Shown here: positions 19,181 through 28,029 of the stretch, one piece after another
Numbering within the stretch: the stretch's first letter is position 1
How the letters are laid out: each line of letters starts with the position of its first letter
NCBI GenBank assembly: GCA_041649475.1
Contig: JBAZNA010000001.1
Coordinates: 611,308-675,307, forward strand
Length of the DNA stretch: 64,000 nt
Reading direction: 5' to 3'
Source: Patescibacteria group bacterium
GTDB lineage: Bacteria; Patescibacteriota; Patescibacteriia; Magasanikbacterales; GWA2-37-8
The notes under the pieces: model-generated
The model's input: the letters and a program-made list of their open reading frames with translations, nothing else
Told to the model about the DNA's origin: nothing
The model's database searches: none
Made by a program: the position numbers and the translations under genes

Positions 19181-20986
19181 ATGTCAATTCAAACAGATAA
19201 AATCAGAAACTTCTGTATTATTGCTCACATAGACCACGGAAAATCCACACTGGCGGATCGTTTTTTGGAATACACGGGCACGGTCTCTAAGCGTGACATG
19301 AAGGACCAACTTTTGGATTCAATGGATCTGGAGCGCGAACGCGGGATAACTATAAAGCTCACGCCGGTCAGGATGAATTATAAAGAATATATTTTAAATT
19401 TAATTGACACCCCGGGCCATGTTGATTTTAATTATGAGGTCTCACGTTCACTGGCCGCGGTTGAAGGCGCGGTGCTGTTGGTTGATGCTTCACAAGGCGT
19501 ACAGGCCCAAACAATTGGCAATTTGTATCTGGCTCTTGAACAAAATTTAACCATCATTCCGGTAATCAACAAAATTGACATGCCGATTGCCAATGTGGAA
19601 AAAACCAAAGCCGAAATCATCCACTTAATCGGCTGTAAGCCCGAAGAAATTATTTTGGCCTCCGGCAAAACCGGCCAGGGGGTTGAGGATATTTTAAACG
19701 CCATTGTGGACCGCATTCCCCCGCCCCAGGATAATTCTACTAAAGAAACCCGGGCTTTAATTTTTGATTCTGAATATAATGATTATAAAGGCGTGATCGC
19801 GTCAGTCGGCATGGTTGACGGCGAACTAAAAAAAGGCGACAAAATATTTTTACTGGGCACCCGCGCCGAAGCGGAAATTTTAGAGATTGGTTATTACACC
19901 CCCAAATTCAAACCCATGGAAAATTTGCGCAATGGTGAAATTGGCTATGTAGTCACCGGTCTAAAAGAATTAAAAGATTGCCGGGTTGGCGATACCATCA
20001 CAAAAATTACCGGCGAAATCAAAGAGATTCACACCGCACAGCTTCCGGGCTACAAAGAAGTCAAGCCCATGGTCTATGCCGGAATTTTTCCCAAAGAAGG
20101 AGACAACTACCAACTGCTTCGCGATGCCATAGATAAATTAAAATTAAACGACGCTTCCCTGTTTTATGAACCCGAACACTCGCTCGCGCTCGGGTTTGGT
20201 TTTCGCTGCGGATTTTTGGGCTTACTGCATTTGGATATTTTTCAAGAAAGATTACGGCGCGAACATAACTTAGACATAATCATCACCGTGCCCAGCGTGG
20301 CTTATAAAATTTTTAAAACCGGGGGTGAAGAAAAAATTATCCACAGCCCCCAGGAAATGCCCGACCCCAACCATTTGGAAAAAACCCAGGAACCATGGAT
20401 GCGATTGGATATTATCACCCCGAAAGATTTTGTCGGAAATGTGATGTCGCTTATTTCTGAACGCAAGGGAAAATACATCAATACCGAGTATTTAAGCTCT
20501 GACACCGACCAGCGCGCCATGCTTCATTATGAGATCCCCCTTGCCTCGCTTATCACTGACTTTTATGATAAACTTAAAACAGTCACTTCCGGCTACGCGT
20601 CCATGAATTATGAGTTTAAGGACTACGAGGAAACCGACGTGGTTAAACTTGATATTATGGTGGCCGAAGAGCCGGTGGAAGCGCTCTCTACGCTGGTTTG
20701 GCGAGATCAGGCCTATAAAACCGGTAAAAAAATCGTTGAGTCCCTAAAGGACTCATTGCCCAGACAACAATTTGTGGTAAAAATTCAGGCCGCTGTGGGT
20801 GGAAAAGTTATTGCGGCAGACCGTTTATCCGCTTTGCGAAAAGATGTATTGGCAAAAATGAGCGGCGGCGACTATACCCGCAAAATGAAGTTGTTGCAAA
20901 AACAGAAGAAAGGGAAGAAACGATTAGTGGCGCACGGCAAGGTGGATATCCCAACCGAGACATATTTAGCGGTATTAAAAAGATAA
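19181..20986 (+). CDS. lepA: Elongation factor 4 (LepA)
   Basis: GTPase motifs AHIDHGKST and DTPGH, plus the LepA-specific C-terminal domain. Confidence 0.95.
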   Translation: MSIQTDKIRNFCIIAHIDHGKSTLADRFLEYTGTVSKRDMKDQLLDSMDLERERGITIKLTPVRMNYKEYILNLIDTPGHVDFNYEVSRSLAAVEGAVLLVDASQGVQAQTIGNLYLALEQNLTIIPVINKIDMPIANVEKTKAEIIHLIGCKPEEIILASGKTGQGVEDILNAIVDRIPPPQDNSTKETRALIFDSEYNDYKGVIASVGMVDGELKKGDKIFLLGTRAEAEILEIGYYTPKFKPMENLRNGEIGYVVTGLKELKDCRVGDTITKITGEIKEIHTAQLPGYKEVKPMVYAGIFPKEGDNYQLLRDAIDKLKLNDASLFYEPEHSLALGFGFRCGFLGLLHLDIFQERLRREHNLDIIITVPSVAYKIFKTGGEEKIIHSPQEMPDPNHLEKTQEPWMRLDIITPKDFVGNVMSLISERKGKYINTEYLSSDTDQRAMLHYEIPLASLITDFYDKLKTVTSGYASMNYEFKDYEETDVVKLDIMVAEEPVEALSTLVWRDQAYKTGKKIVESLKDSLPRQQFVVKIQAAVGGKVIAADRLSALRKDVLAKMSGGDYTRKMKLLQKQKKGKKRLVAHGKVDIPTETYLAVLKR

Positions 20987-21111
20987 ATACTCATTTCGCT
21001 TATGAAACCAAAAACAGCCAAAAAAATCTGGTTTGTCATTTCACTGATCGGCATTCTGGCAATGCTGCTTTTTACAATGTTGCCGGCATTTCAATAATTT
21101 GCGCCCGGACT

Positions 21112-21510
21112 ATGCGTTTGCTCCGTAAATACCAACTGGACATAATTTTCTTATTTTTTGCCTTTCAAATATACATTTGGCTGGGTTTTATTGCTTTAAA
21201 TAAATATTTACTGATTGATCCCCGCGACTACGAATGGTACATCGTCGGGCCGTTTATAATTTTATACTTTCTTTATATCTGGCAAATCAGAAATAAAATT
21301 AATATTTCAGAAAGAAGACAGGTAACCGGAAAAAGTTTAATTTATTGGATCGCCCTGGGAATACTGCTTTTTGCCACCTATGGCGGACCAATCCCGGCCG
21401 CGGAATATTGGTCCATTGACGCCTTCTTTATAATGTTTACACTGTTTCTAGCCGACTCATACTGGGATTTTAAAAAAATGACTCTAAAGGAAATCGCCAA
21501 CACCAAGTAA
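21112..21510 (+). CDS. Small polytopic membrane protein, hypothetical
   Basis: 132 aa with 3-4 hydrophobic helices. Confidence 0.4.
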   Translation: MRLLRKYQLDIIFLFFAFQIYIWLGFIALNKYLLIDPRDYEWYIVGPFIILYFLYIWQIRNKINISERRQVTGKSLIYWIALGILLFATYGGPIPAAEYWSIDAFFIMFTLFLADSYWDFKKMTLKEIANTK

Positions 21511-21514
21511 CTCT

Positions 21515-23293
21515 ATGCCCAAAAAATGGATTATCAGTTCTCCGCCGTCAGCGGATTTTATAAATTCTCATCCGGAGTTGCCGCCGATTATCGCCCGCCT
21601 GCTTTGGAATAGAAATCTTCATGCGCAGGAGCAAATTGATGAATTTTTAAACCCCGACTACTCCCAGGATATTCATGATCCGTATTTATTTAAGGACATG
21701 AAAAAAGCGCTGGAGATAATTTTTAAAGCGATCAAGGCGCAAAAAAATATTGTCGTGCATGGCGACTATGACGCCGACGGCGTCTGTGCGACCGCAATTT
21801 TAGTCAGCACGCTAAAAAAATTGGGTGCGCAAAATGTCAGCGTCTTTATTCCCCACCGCGAAATTGACGGCTATGGCTTAAACACCAATACCGTGGAATC
21901 TTTGTCCGCGCAAAAAACCGATTTAATCATCACTTGCGACTGCGGCATCAGTAATTTTGAAGAAGTAGCTTTGGTAAAAAAGAAAGGGATGCAAATTATT
22001 GTAACTGATCATCACACCGTGCCGAAAAAAAATCCGGCGGCGGACGCGATTATTCACCCCTTGGTTGATAAGAACTACCCGGATAAGGGCTTGTGCGGCG
22101 CCGCCGTGGCCTTTAAACTGGTTCAAGGCCTGCTTAAAAAACACACCGAAGATAACGACACTTTGCCGGACGGACAAGCTCATGAGGCCTTTGAAAAATG
22201 GCTGCTTGATTTGGTGGCTATTGCCACCATCGGCGACATGGTGCCGCTCCTTGGCGAATCCCGCACCCTGACCAAATACGGACTTACGGTTTTAAATAAA
22301 ACCAGAAATATCGGTTTAAAAAAATTATGTGTTGTGGCCGGCATTGCCGACGAAAAAGGCCAGAGCAAACGCGGCGCTTATGACGCCCACAGCGTCAGTT
22401 TTCAAATCGTACCGCGACTGAACGCCGCCGGGCGCATGGATCACGCCAATACCGCCTATGCCCTGCTCATGGCCACGGACGAAAAAGAAGCGGAGGCCTT
22501 GGCCGCGCAGCTTAATAAAAATAATACTGACCGCCAAAAACTGACCGAACAATATGTCAGCGAAGCGCGCAAACAAATAAAAGAAACCCACCAGGAAAAT
22601 AACAGCGTGCTTTTTGTTTTGGGCCAGAACTGGCCAACCGGTATTTTCGGGCTGGTTTCCGGAAAATTAAAAGATGAATTTTATAAACCGGCTATAGTCA
22701 TGGGCGAAGCAAAAGACGAGATCAGCGGTTCGGGCCGAAGCATAAAAGAATTCAATTTGATTGCGGCGCTTCAATCCATGCCTGAAATTTTTGAAAAATT
22801 CGGCGGCCATCCGCAGGCCTGCGGTTTTGAATTAAAAAGCAAAGATAAACTGGAAGAATTTAAAAATAAATTATCTAAAGCGGCCGCTTTGCAGACCGCC
22901 GGCGTTGAACTTCTGCCGCAAATAAATATTGACGCCGAGGTTGATTTGGATGAAGTGAATTGGAAATTATATGATCTGCTGCAAAAATTTGAACCGTTTG
23001 GCATGGCTAACGAAGAACCGGTGTATACGGCCGGCTCGCTCACGCTCGCCGGTATTGAACCGGTCGGTCAGGACGGCAAGCATCTGCGCCTGATGGTAAA
23101 ACATAATTCCCAGGTGATTAAAAAAACCATTGGCTTCGGCTTGGGCGACAGCAACAGAAATGAAACCAACTGGAAAGAAATCCTCAAACCCGGCGACAAA
23201 ATTGATATGGTTTTTACGGTCGGCGTAAATGAATGGAATGGAAATAGAGAACTACAACTTACGATAGAGGATATAAAGAAAACAAAAGAGTGA
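21515..23293 (+). CDS. recJ: Single-stranded-DNA-specific exonuclease RecJ
   Basis: DHH motifs (HGDYDADG, DHH), a DHHA1 domain and a C-terminal OB-fold-like domain. Confidence 0.85.
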   Translation: MPKKWIISSPPSADFINSHPELPPIIARLLWNRNLHAQEQIDEFLNPDYSQDIHDPYLFKDMKKALEIIFKAIKAQKNIVVHGDYDADGVCATAILVSTLKKLGAQNVSVFIPHREIDGYGLNTNTVESLSAQKTDLIITCDCGISNFEEVALVKKKGMQIIVTDHHTVPKKNPAADAIIHPLVDKNYPDKGLCGAAVAFKLVQGLLKKHTEDNDTLPDGQAHEAFEKWLLDLVAIATIGDMVPLLGESRTLTKYGLTVLNKTRNIGLKKLCVVAGIADEKGQSKRGAYDAHSVSFQIVPRLNAAGRMDHANTAYALLMATDEKEAEALAAQLNKNNTDRQKLTEQYVSEARKQIKETHQENNSVLFVLGQNWPTGIFGLVSGKLKDEFYKPAIVMGEAKDEISGSGRSIKEFNLIAALQSMPEIFEKFGGHPQACGFELKSKDKLEEFKNKLSKAAALQTAGVELLPQINIDAEVDLDEVNWKLYDLLQKFEPFGMANEEPVYTAGSLTLAGIEPVGQDGKHLRLMVKHNSQVIKKTIGFGLGDSNRNETNWKEILKPGDKIDMVFTVGVNEWNGNRELQLTIEDIKKTKE

Positions 23294-23357
23294 GAGAAAA
23301 AGTTTTGAGCACTAGGCGTATGCCTTGGCGAAAAACTTTTTCTCTCACTCTTTTGTT
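23283..23357. repeat. Palindromic intergenic repeat element, copy A (arm 24 bp, core GAGCACTAGGCGTATGCCTTGGCG, inverted arm)
   Basis: Left arm AAAAGAGTGAGAGAAAAAGTTTT is perfectly complementary to the right arm AAAACTTTTTCTCTCACTCTTTT. The recJ stop codon lies inside the left arm. Copy A is flanked by T-runs and sits between convergent genes. Confidence 0.8.
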
Positions 23358-23366
23358 TTTTAAGTA

Positions 23367-23678
23367 TTATCTATTCTTAATCTCATTCTCCAGCTTCCCC
23401 CATCTCTTTTTCAGTTCCTTCACCAATCCCGCTTTTACATCCATAGCCATCTCGCGCTTATTCGCGTACTCCTCGGTGGCACGCTCCACCAACGCGTCAT
23501 ACATTTCTTTGGTGGGCCCCTCCAGCTGTTTCATGCTTTCTTTGAGCTGCATAAACAAAGCATCGGCATGTTCCATTATTTTATCTCTCATCTCTTTTCC
23601 TTTTGGCGTAACATTGAGCCACATCAAAGCCGCGCCTAAAATGCCGCCCAACAAAAGTCCTTTCTTAAATCTGCCCAT
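23367..23678 (-). CDS. YtxH-like membrane-anchored coiled-coil protein
   Basis: N-terminal GLLLGGILGAALMW helix followed by a charged helical region, which is the YtxH architecture. Confidence 0.45.
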   Translation of the reverse strand: MGRFKKGLLLGGILGAALMWLNVTPKGKEMRDKIMEHADALFMQLKESMKQLEGPTKEMYDALVERATEEYANKREMAMDVKAGLVKELKKRWGKLENEIKNR

Positions 23679-23704
23679 ATAATAATAAATTATTATTAAA
23701 CAAT

Positions 23705-24568
23705 TTATTGAGCTGGAGTAGCGCAGTCAGCGCTTCCGGTGTTTGCGCCGGCAGTGTAGCCAAAGCCCGCCGAATATGAGGTGTTGTCTAATGTGGTATT
23801 ACATTCTGACGGCTGATTGGTAAAACTGGCGCAGATTGCCTCTTTTACGCCCTCGGCCGTACGATTGGCATCCGCCTGTGTGCCGTTGATAACCAAGGTC
23901 GGCGACCCCTGCACGCCATATTGTGTATTCAAATCAGTATAAATCGGATATAAAGGATACTGGCCGCTAAGCCAAGTGCTCTGATCATTATACTTATCCA
24001 TTATACCATAAGTTTTGTTGGTGGCATCAACACAACTGTTTAATTTGGAAACATCCACGCCGGCTGAAGTCAGACACGACTGAAAATCATCCTTGCCGGT
24101 AAAGCATTTCAGGTAAGAAATATATTTTGTCGGCTGTTCTTTTTGAATACAATATTGCCTGGTATTCTCTTCAATTTCTTTTAAGCCGTGCATGGCATAA
24201 TCAACAAATTTTACAGTGATGTCGGCTTTATTTTTTAATAAATCCCAAGCCGGCAAATAGGCCTTTTCCATCTGCAGTCCATACGGGCAATAGGCCATAA
24301 CAAACAATTCAACCTTCGGTTTGGCTGATTTGGTCACAGTCGCGGCGGCCGGAGTTTGCGGTGTCTGGTTGGTATTGGCTGTATTAGCGGCCACAACCTC
24401 ATTACCGGTTCCTTTTGCTGTTGTGCTATCAGCCAATCCGCCTTTTAACATTACAGCGCCTAACACCACAAAACCAACGGTACCAAGAAGCAGAACGCCG
24501 CCGATGGCGCCAACCAGCAGAGCGCTTTTGGGCTCCAAACTGGCAAAAAATGTCTTTTTTTCGTCCAT
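23705..24568 (-). CDS. Membrane-anchored thioredoxin-fold (DsbA-like) thiol:disulfide oxidoreductase
   Basis: TM helix, a Thr/Ala/Asn-rich linker, then a CPYG active-site motif within a thioredoxin-like fold. Confidence 0.55.
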   Translation of the reverse strand: MDEKKTFFASLEPKSALLVGAIGGVLLLGTVGFVVLGAVMLKGGLADSTTAKGTGNEVVAANTANTNQTPQTPAAATVTKSAKPKVELFVMAYCPYGLQMEKAYLPAWDLLKNKADITVKFVDYAMHGLKEIEENTRQYCIQKEQPTKYISYLKCFTGKDDFQSCLTSAGVDVSKLNSCVDATNKTYGIMDKYNDQSTWLSGQYPLYPIYTDLNTQYGVQGSPTLVINGTQADANRTAEGVKEAICASFTNQPSECNTTLDNTSYSAGFGYTAGANTGSADCATPAQ

Positions 24569-24577
24569 AGATAAAAA

Positions 24578-25090
24578 TTATTTATTTATTAAAATTTTAG
24601 ATGCTAGATTATTATATGCCATTTCGTAGTCAAGCGCAAGCTGTTTTTCCTTCCTTTCATCAATAACTAGATCTGCCGCTTTTAACAAACGCGGAACATA
24701 ATAAACATTATACAGCTGTATCAACAAACTGAACAGGTCAGCAGTAATAATATTACGATGGCGGGTAACTAGCAAAGGAATCTCGGGGTGCAAAACTTTC
24801 CACTTCAGGATTTTTCCGGCCAGGCCAAATAGCGGCGTGTGTAAATGAACAATATCAAATTTTTCTAAGGATGAAATTATGTCACTGACATTTTCAGTAC
24901 CGGCCAAGCTGTGCGATGAAGCAACTTTTTGAACCTCACGCTCCATTCTTCGGGAAGTGTTTCCGTACTGCAAAGTAACCGCTTCAGTTTCAATTCCCAA
25001 CTTATATAAGTCCTCCACCAGCTTAAAGGCCTCTGATTTTATCTGATCAAAGTACTCAAAGGCGGCGGGAATTATATGGATGACTTTCAT
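24578..25090 (-). CDS. Glycosyltransferase family 4 N-terminal domain only (truncated paralogue of the downstream GT4)
   Basis: 170 aa. Its N-terminal motifs (MKVIHIIPAAF and KFDIVHLHTPLFG) parallel those of the GT4 at 25896-27005 (MKIAHIVSTFPP, EFDLVHLHYPFYG). No catalytic C-terminal domain is present. Confidence 0.5.
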   Translation of the reverse strand: MKVIHIIPAAFEYFDQIKSEAFKLVEDLYKLGIETEAVTLQYGNTSRRMEREVQKVASSHSLAGTENVSDIISSLEKFDIVHLHTPLFGLAGKILKWKVLHPEIPLLVTRHRNIITADLFSLLIQLYNVYYVPRLLKAADLVIDERKEKQLALDYEMAYNNLASKILINK

Positions 25091-25096
25091 GTTTAA

Positions 25097-25909
25097 CTAA
25101 AGTTTCTTCATTGTTATGTGTATGTTCGGAGATGGAATCCTAGAAAATATCACTGATTCCAAATATATCAAACTATTTACCAATTTTTTAATCACGCCAA
25201 TCCCCTTGCCGTCTAACTGCGAAAAATATTTTTCATTATTCATTTGCTCCACACCTTGTTTTTTTGCCGCCCTATCCATTAAATAAAAGGATAAAATTCC
25301 TACCCACTGTCCCAAAACATGCTCACTGTATCTTACCTTTGCTTTTTTAAACCCGGCCTCTGCCAATTTTTTTAAAAGCTCTTTACGGGAAAAATAATTT
25401 ATATGCCCGGCATATTTTTTTGTCAGATCTTTTTTTAAACCAAAATTTTCCAAACAATGCCAATAGGAAAGCCAGTCGCCTTCGCAGGGCACAAAACAAT
25501 AAAATACTCCGCCAGTTTTTAAAACCCTTTTAATTTCCGACAAAACCGCGTCCACGTCCTCAACATGCTCCAACACGTCATAAATCAGCACGGCTTCAAA
25601 AAAATTATCCGCGTAAGGCAATTTTGCGCTTTCGTTTAAAGCGTAAGTAACGCCGTCATTTTCTTTTTTAGCCAAACTTATCGCCGACTCACTGATATCA
25701 CAGCCGTAACATTCCAATTCCGGACGAAGTTTTTTTATCGTTCTGATAAACTGGCCGGCCCCGCAACCCAATTCCAAAACACTTCCGGCCGCCGGCACGC
25801 CGCGCAAAGCCCGCAAACTTTGCTTTAAGCGAAAACTGGTCGGCGAACTCCATTTTAAATTCGCCACACCCTGTCCCCAGACGGATTTTTCGTAATCAAA
25901 CATCTCCAT
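25097..25909 (-). CDS. Class I SAM-dependent methyltransferase
   Basis: Motif I LELGCGAG, motif II near DISE, and a post-I acidic region. Confidence 0.8.
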   Translation of the reverse strand: MEMFDYEKSVWGQGVANLKWSSPTSFRLKQSLRALRGVPAAGSVLELGCGAGQFIRTIKKLRPELECYGCDISESAISLAKKENDGVTYALNESAKLPYADNFFEAVLIYDVLEHVEDVDAVLSEIKRVLKTGGVFYCFVPCEGDWLSYWHCLENFGLKKDLTKKYAGHINYFSRKELLKKLAEAGFKKAKVRYSEHVLGQWVGILSFYLMDRAAKKQGVEQMNNEKYFSQLDGKGIGVIKKLVNSLIYLESVIFSRIPSPNIHITMKKL

Positions 25910-27005
25910 AAACAGCTTCTAGTTTTTCAACATGCGTATCCCAGCTATATTTTTCAATTATTTTTTTGCGGCCATTTTCGCCCATTTGTTTTTTGGTTTC
26001 CGCCGGCATGGCCAGCACCTGTAAAATTTTAGCGGCCAAATCATCGGCCGATCCTTTGGCAAATAAAAGTCCGTCAACCCCGTCGGTAATTCTGTTTCTG
26101 ATGGCCGGAATATCAGTGCCGACAACCGGCACTCCGCAGGACATAGCTTCAGAAACAACCATGCCGAATGATTCATAATCAGACGACAAAACAAAGCAAT
26201 CGGAAATATTATAATAATCAGCCAAAAGCTGACTGTTGGCGCAAGCGCCGACAAATCTCACTTGGGAATAAATGCCCAATTCATTCGCCATTTTTACATA
26301 TTTATCCAATTCATATCCCCCACCGACAACCACCAGCGCGATATTGGAGTCATTTATTTTTTTAATCGCTTCCAGCAAGAGGTCCAAGCGTTTGAGCGGA
26401 ATCGGATTGCCCACAAATGAAATAATTTTTTTACCGCTCAAATCCTGCAAATCAACTTCGGATAAATCAACGCTCATTGGTTTAAAAATTTTCGTATCAA
26501 CGCCGTTGGCAATCTCTGCCACATTTTCCGGTTTCACTTTTTTGGCATACTGCACGGTTTTAAAATAATCACTGTCAACCACAATGACTTTTTTCGCCCG
26601 GGAAAAAATAAACGGCGGCCAAACCAGATCATACATTTTTTGTAAAACGGATTTTATGCCGGTTGTTTGGGCATCCATGTGATAAGTGAGCACAAACGGC
26701 TTACGGCTGAAACAAAGCCATTCGGCGGCGCCATAAAACGGATAATGCAAGTGCACCAAATCAAATTCTTTTAAATGCCACGCTAATTGCGGGATTTCAC
26801 CGGCATCGCCGTATTTAAACAAAGCCGGAATCCGAACTACTGAAAATGAATTGATGGTATCATCATAAACCGTGTCCGGATATTTTAAAGTGAACACGGT
26901 CACATCGTGTCCTTTGTCGGACAACAAATCCGCCTCATGCCAACAGACACTGCCCATGCCGCCCAAATGCGGCGGAAAAGTTGAAACAATATGGGCGATT
27001 TTCAT
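25896..27005 (-). CDS. Glycosyltransferase family 4
   Basis: Two-domain GT-B fold with the E.FG...EAM..G.PVV signature. Confidence 0.85.
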   Translation of the reverse strand: MKIAHIVSTFPPHLGGMGSVCWHEADLLSDKGHDVTVFTLKYPDTVYDDTINSFSVVRIPALFKYGDAGEIPQLAWHLKEFDLVHLHYPFYGAAEWLCFSRKPFVLTYHMDAQTTGIKSVLQKMYDLVWPPFIFSRAKKVIVVDSDYFKTVQYAKKVKPENVAEIANGVDTKIFKPMSVDLSEVDLQDLSGKKIISFVGNPIPLKRLDLLLEAIKKINDSNIALVVVGGGYELDKYVKMANELGIYSQVRFVGACANSQLLADYYNISDCFVLSSDYESFGMVVSEAMSCGVPVVGTDIPAIRNRITDGVDGLLFAKGSADDLAAKILQVLAMPAETKKQMGENGRKKIIEKYSWDTHVEKLEAVYGDV

Positions 27006-27014
27006 ACTTTATAT

Positions 27015-27350
27015 TTATACTTTATCTTTGGTTTTTTCCTCAAGAGCGTTTTGTCTTGTCAGTTTGGTGATATTCCTGTTCATTTGTTCTATTTTTATCA
27101 TCAGGCGAAAAATTACGAAGAAAAGCAGAGTGAGCGCGACATAAACTACCAAATCGGCGCCGCGGCCGATGCCGACCAATTTTGCCAAATAAGCGGCTGA
27201 ATTGGGGAGCAGAACCACCACGCCGGCGGCAAGCCAAAACAACACCCAGACCGACAAACCGCGCCAGCTTAATTCACCGGCCTGATAACGGCTGATTACT
27301 TTAATAATGGCGAAGATGAAAAAAATGATTAAAAATACTTGGATAAGCAT
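27015..27350 (-). CDS. DUF2304 small membrane protein (GT2 partner)
   Basis: 111 aa with 3 TM helices. It lies immediately downstream of the GT2 gene, which is the usual DUF2304 context. Confidence 0.55.
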   Translation of the reverse strand: MLIQVFLIIFFIFAIIKVISRYQAGELSWRGLSVWVLFWLAAGVVVLLPNSAAYLAKLVGIGRGADLVVYVALTLLFFVIFRLMIKIEQMNRNITKLTRQNALEEKTKDKV

Positions 27351-27351
27351 A

Positions 27352-28014
27352 TTATTTTAATAAACGGGCTTTAAAAAGATCCCATAATATTTTTACACCA
27401 CCAGCGGGTCCTTGTCCATAACCGTGGTAAGTCACCCGCACGGGAAATTCCCTAAAAGTCAGTCCGGCTTTTTTTATTTGTTTAACAATCTCCGAATTAT
27501 GCGCCATGCGATCCTGGGTAATTTTTATTTTTTCCAGAGCTTTTCTTGATAATACACGAAAACCATTGTGAACATCCGAGAGCTTTACGCCTGTAAAAAT
27601 TTTATTAATCGCCCGTGCAACCGGAAAGATAATATATTTTTTTGACCACGGCATCTGCGAGCGCCCGTCTAAAAATCTTGATCCGAAAATAACGTCAACA
27701 TTATTTTTATTCATCGTCTCCAGCGCCGGACTTATATCAGCCGGATCAAACTGCCCGTCAGCGTCAAAATGCACGACCGCCTCCGCGCCGCGACTTATGG
27801 CAAACTCGTCGCCGGTTTGTAGGGCCGCACCCTGTCCCCTGTTTATTTTATGTTTTAAGGCGTAGACGCCGGCAGCCGTCGCCGCTTGAAAAGTTTGGTC
27901 GGCTGACCCGTCATCAACAACTACGATATTTTTAAACCCATGATTAAAAAGGCCGCTGATTACGCGGCCGATATTTTTTTCTTCATTGTAGGCCGGAATA
28001 ACTATAAAAACCAT
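27352..28014 (-). CDS. Glycosyltransferase family 2 (dolichyl/polyprenyl-phosphate sugar synthase-like)
   Basis: N-terminal IVIPAYNEE motif, plus VVDDGS.D.T and DAD motifs. Confidence 0.8.
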   Translation of the reverse strand: MVFIVIPAYNEEKNIGRVISGLFNHGFKNIVVVDDGSADQTFQAATAAGVYALKHKINRGQGAALQTGDEFAISRGAEAVVHFDADGQFDPADISPALETMNKNNVDVIFGSRFLDGRSQMPWSKKYIIFPVARAINKIFTGVKLSDVHNGFRVLSRKALEKIKITQDRMAHNSEIVKQIKKAGLTFREFPVRVTYHGYGQGPAGGVKILWDLFKARLLK

Positions 28015-28029
28015 AACCGGTAATTGTGT

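Noticed and set aside
23290-23682. 130-aa plus-strand ORF overlapping the YtxH-like gene, and similar antisense ORFs inside dnaK, clpC-like and the giant gene
   Set aside because: They sit inside well-supported genes on the opposite strand. They have Ser/Phe/Leu-rich compositions, no RBS and no recognisable domain.
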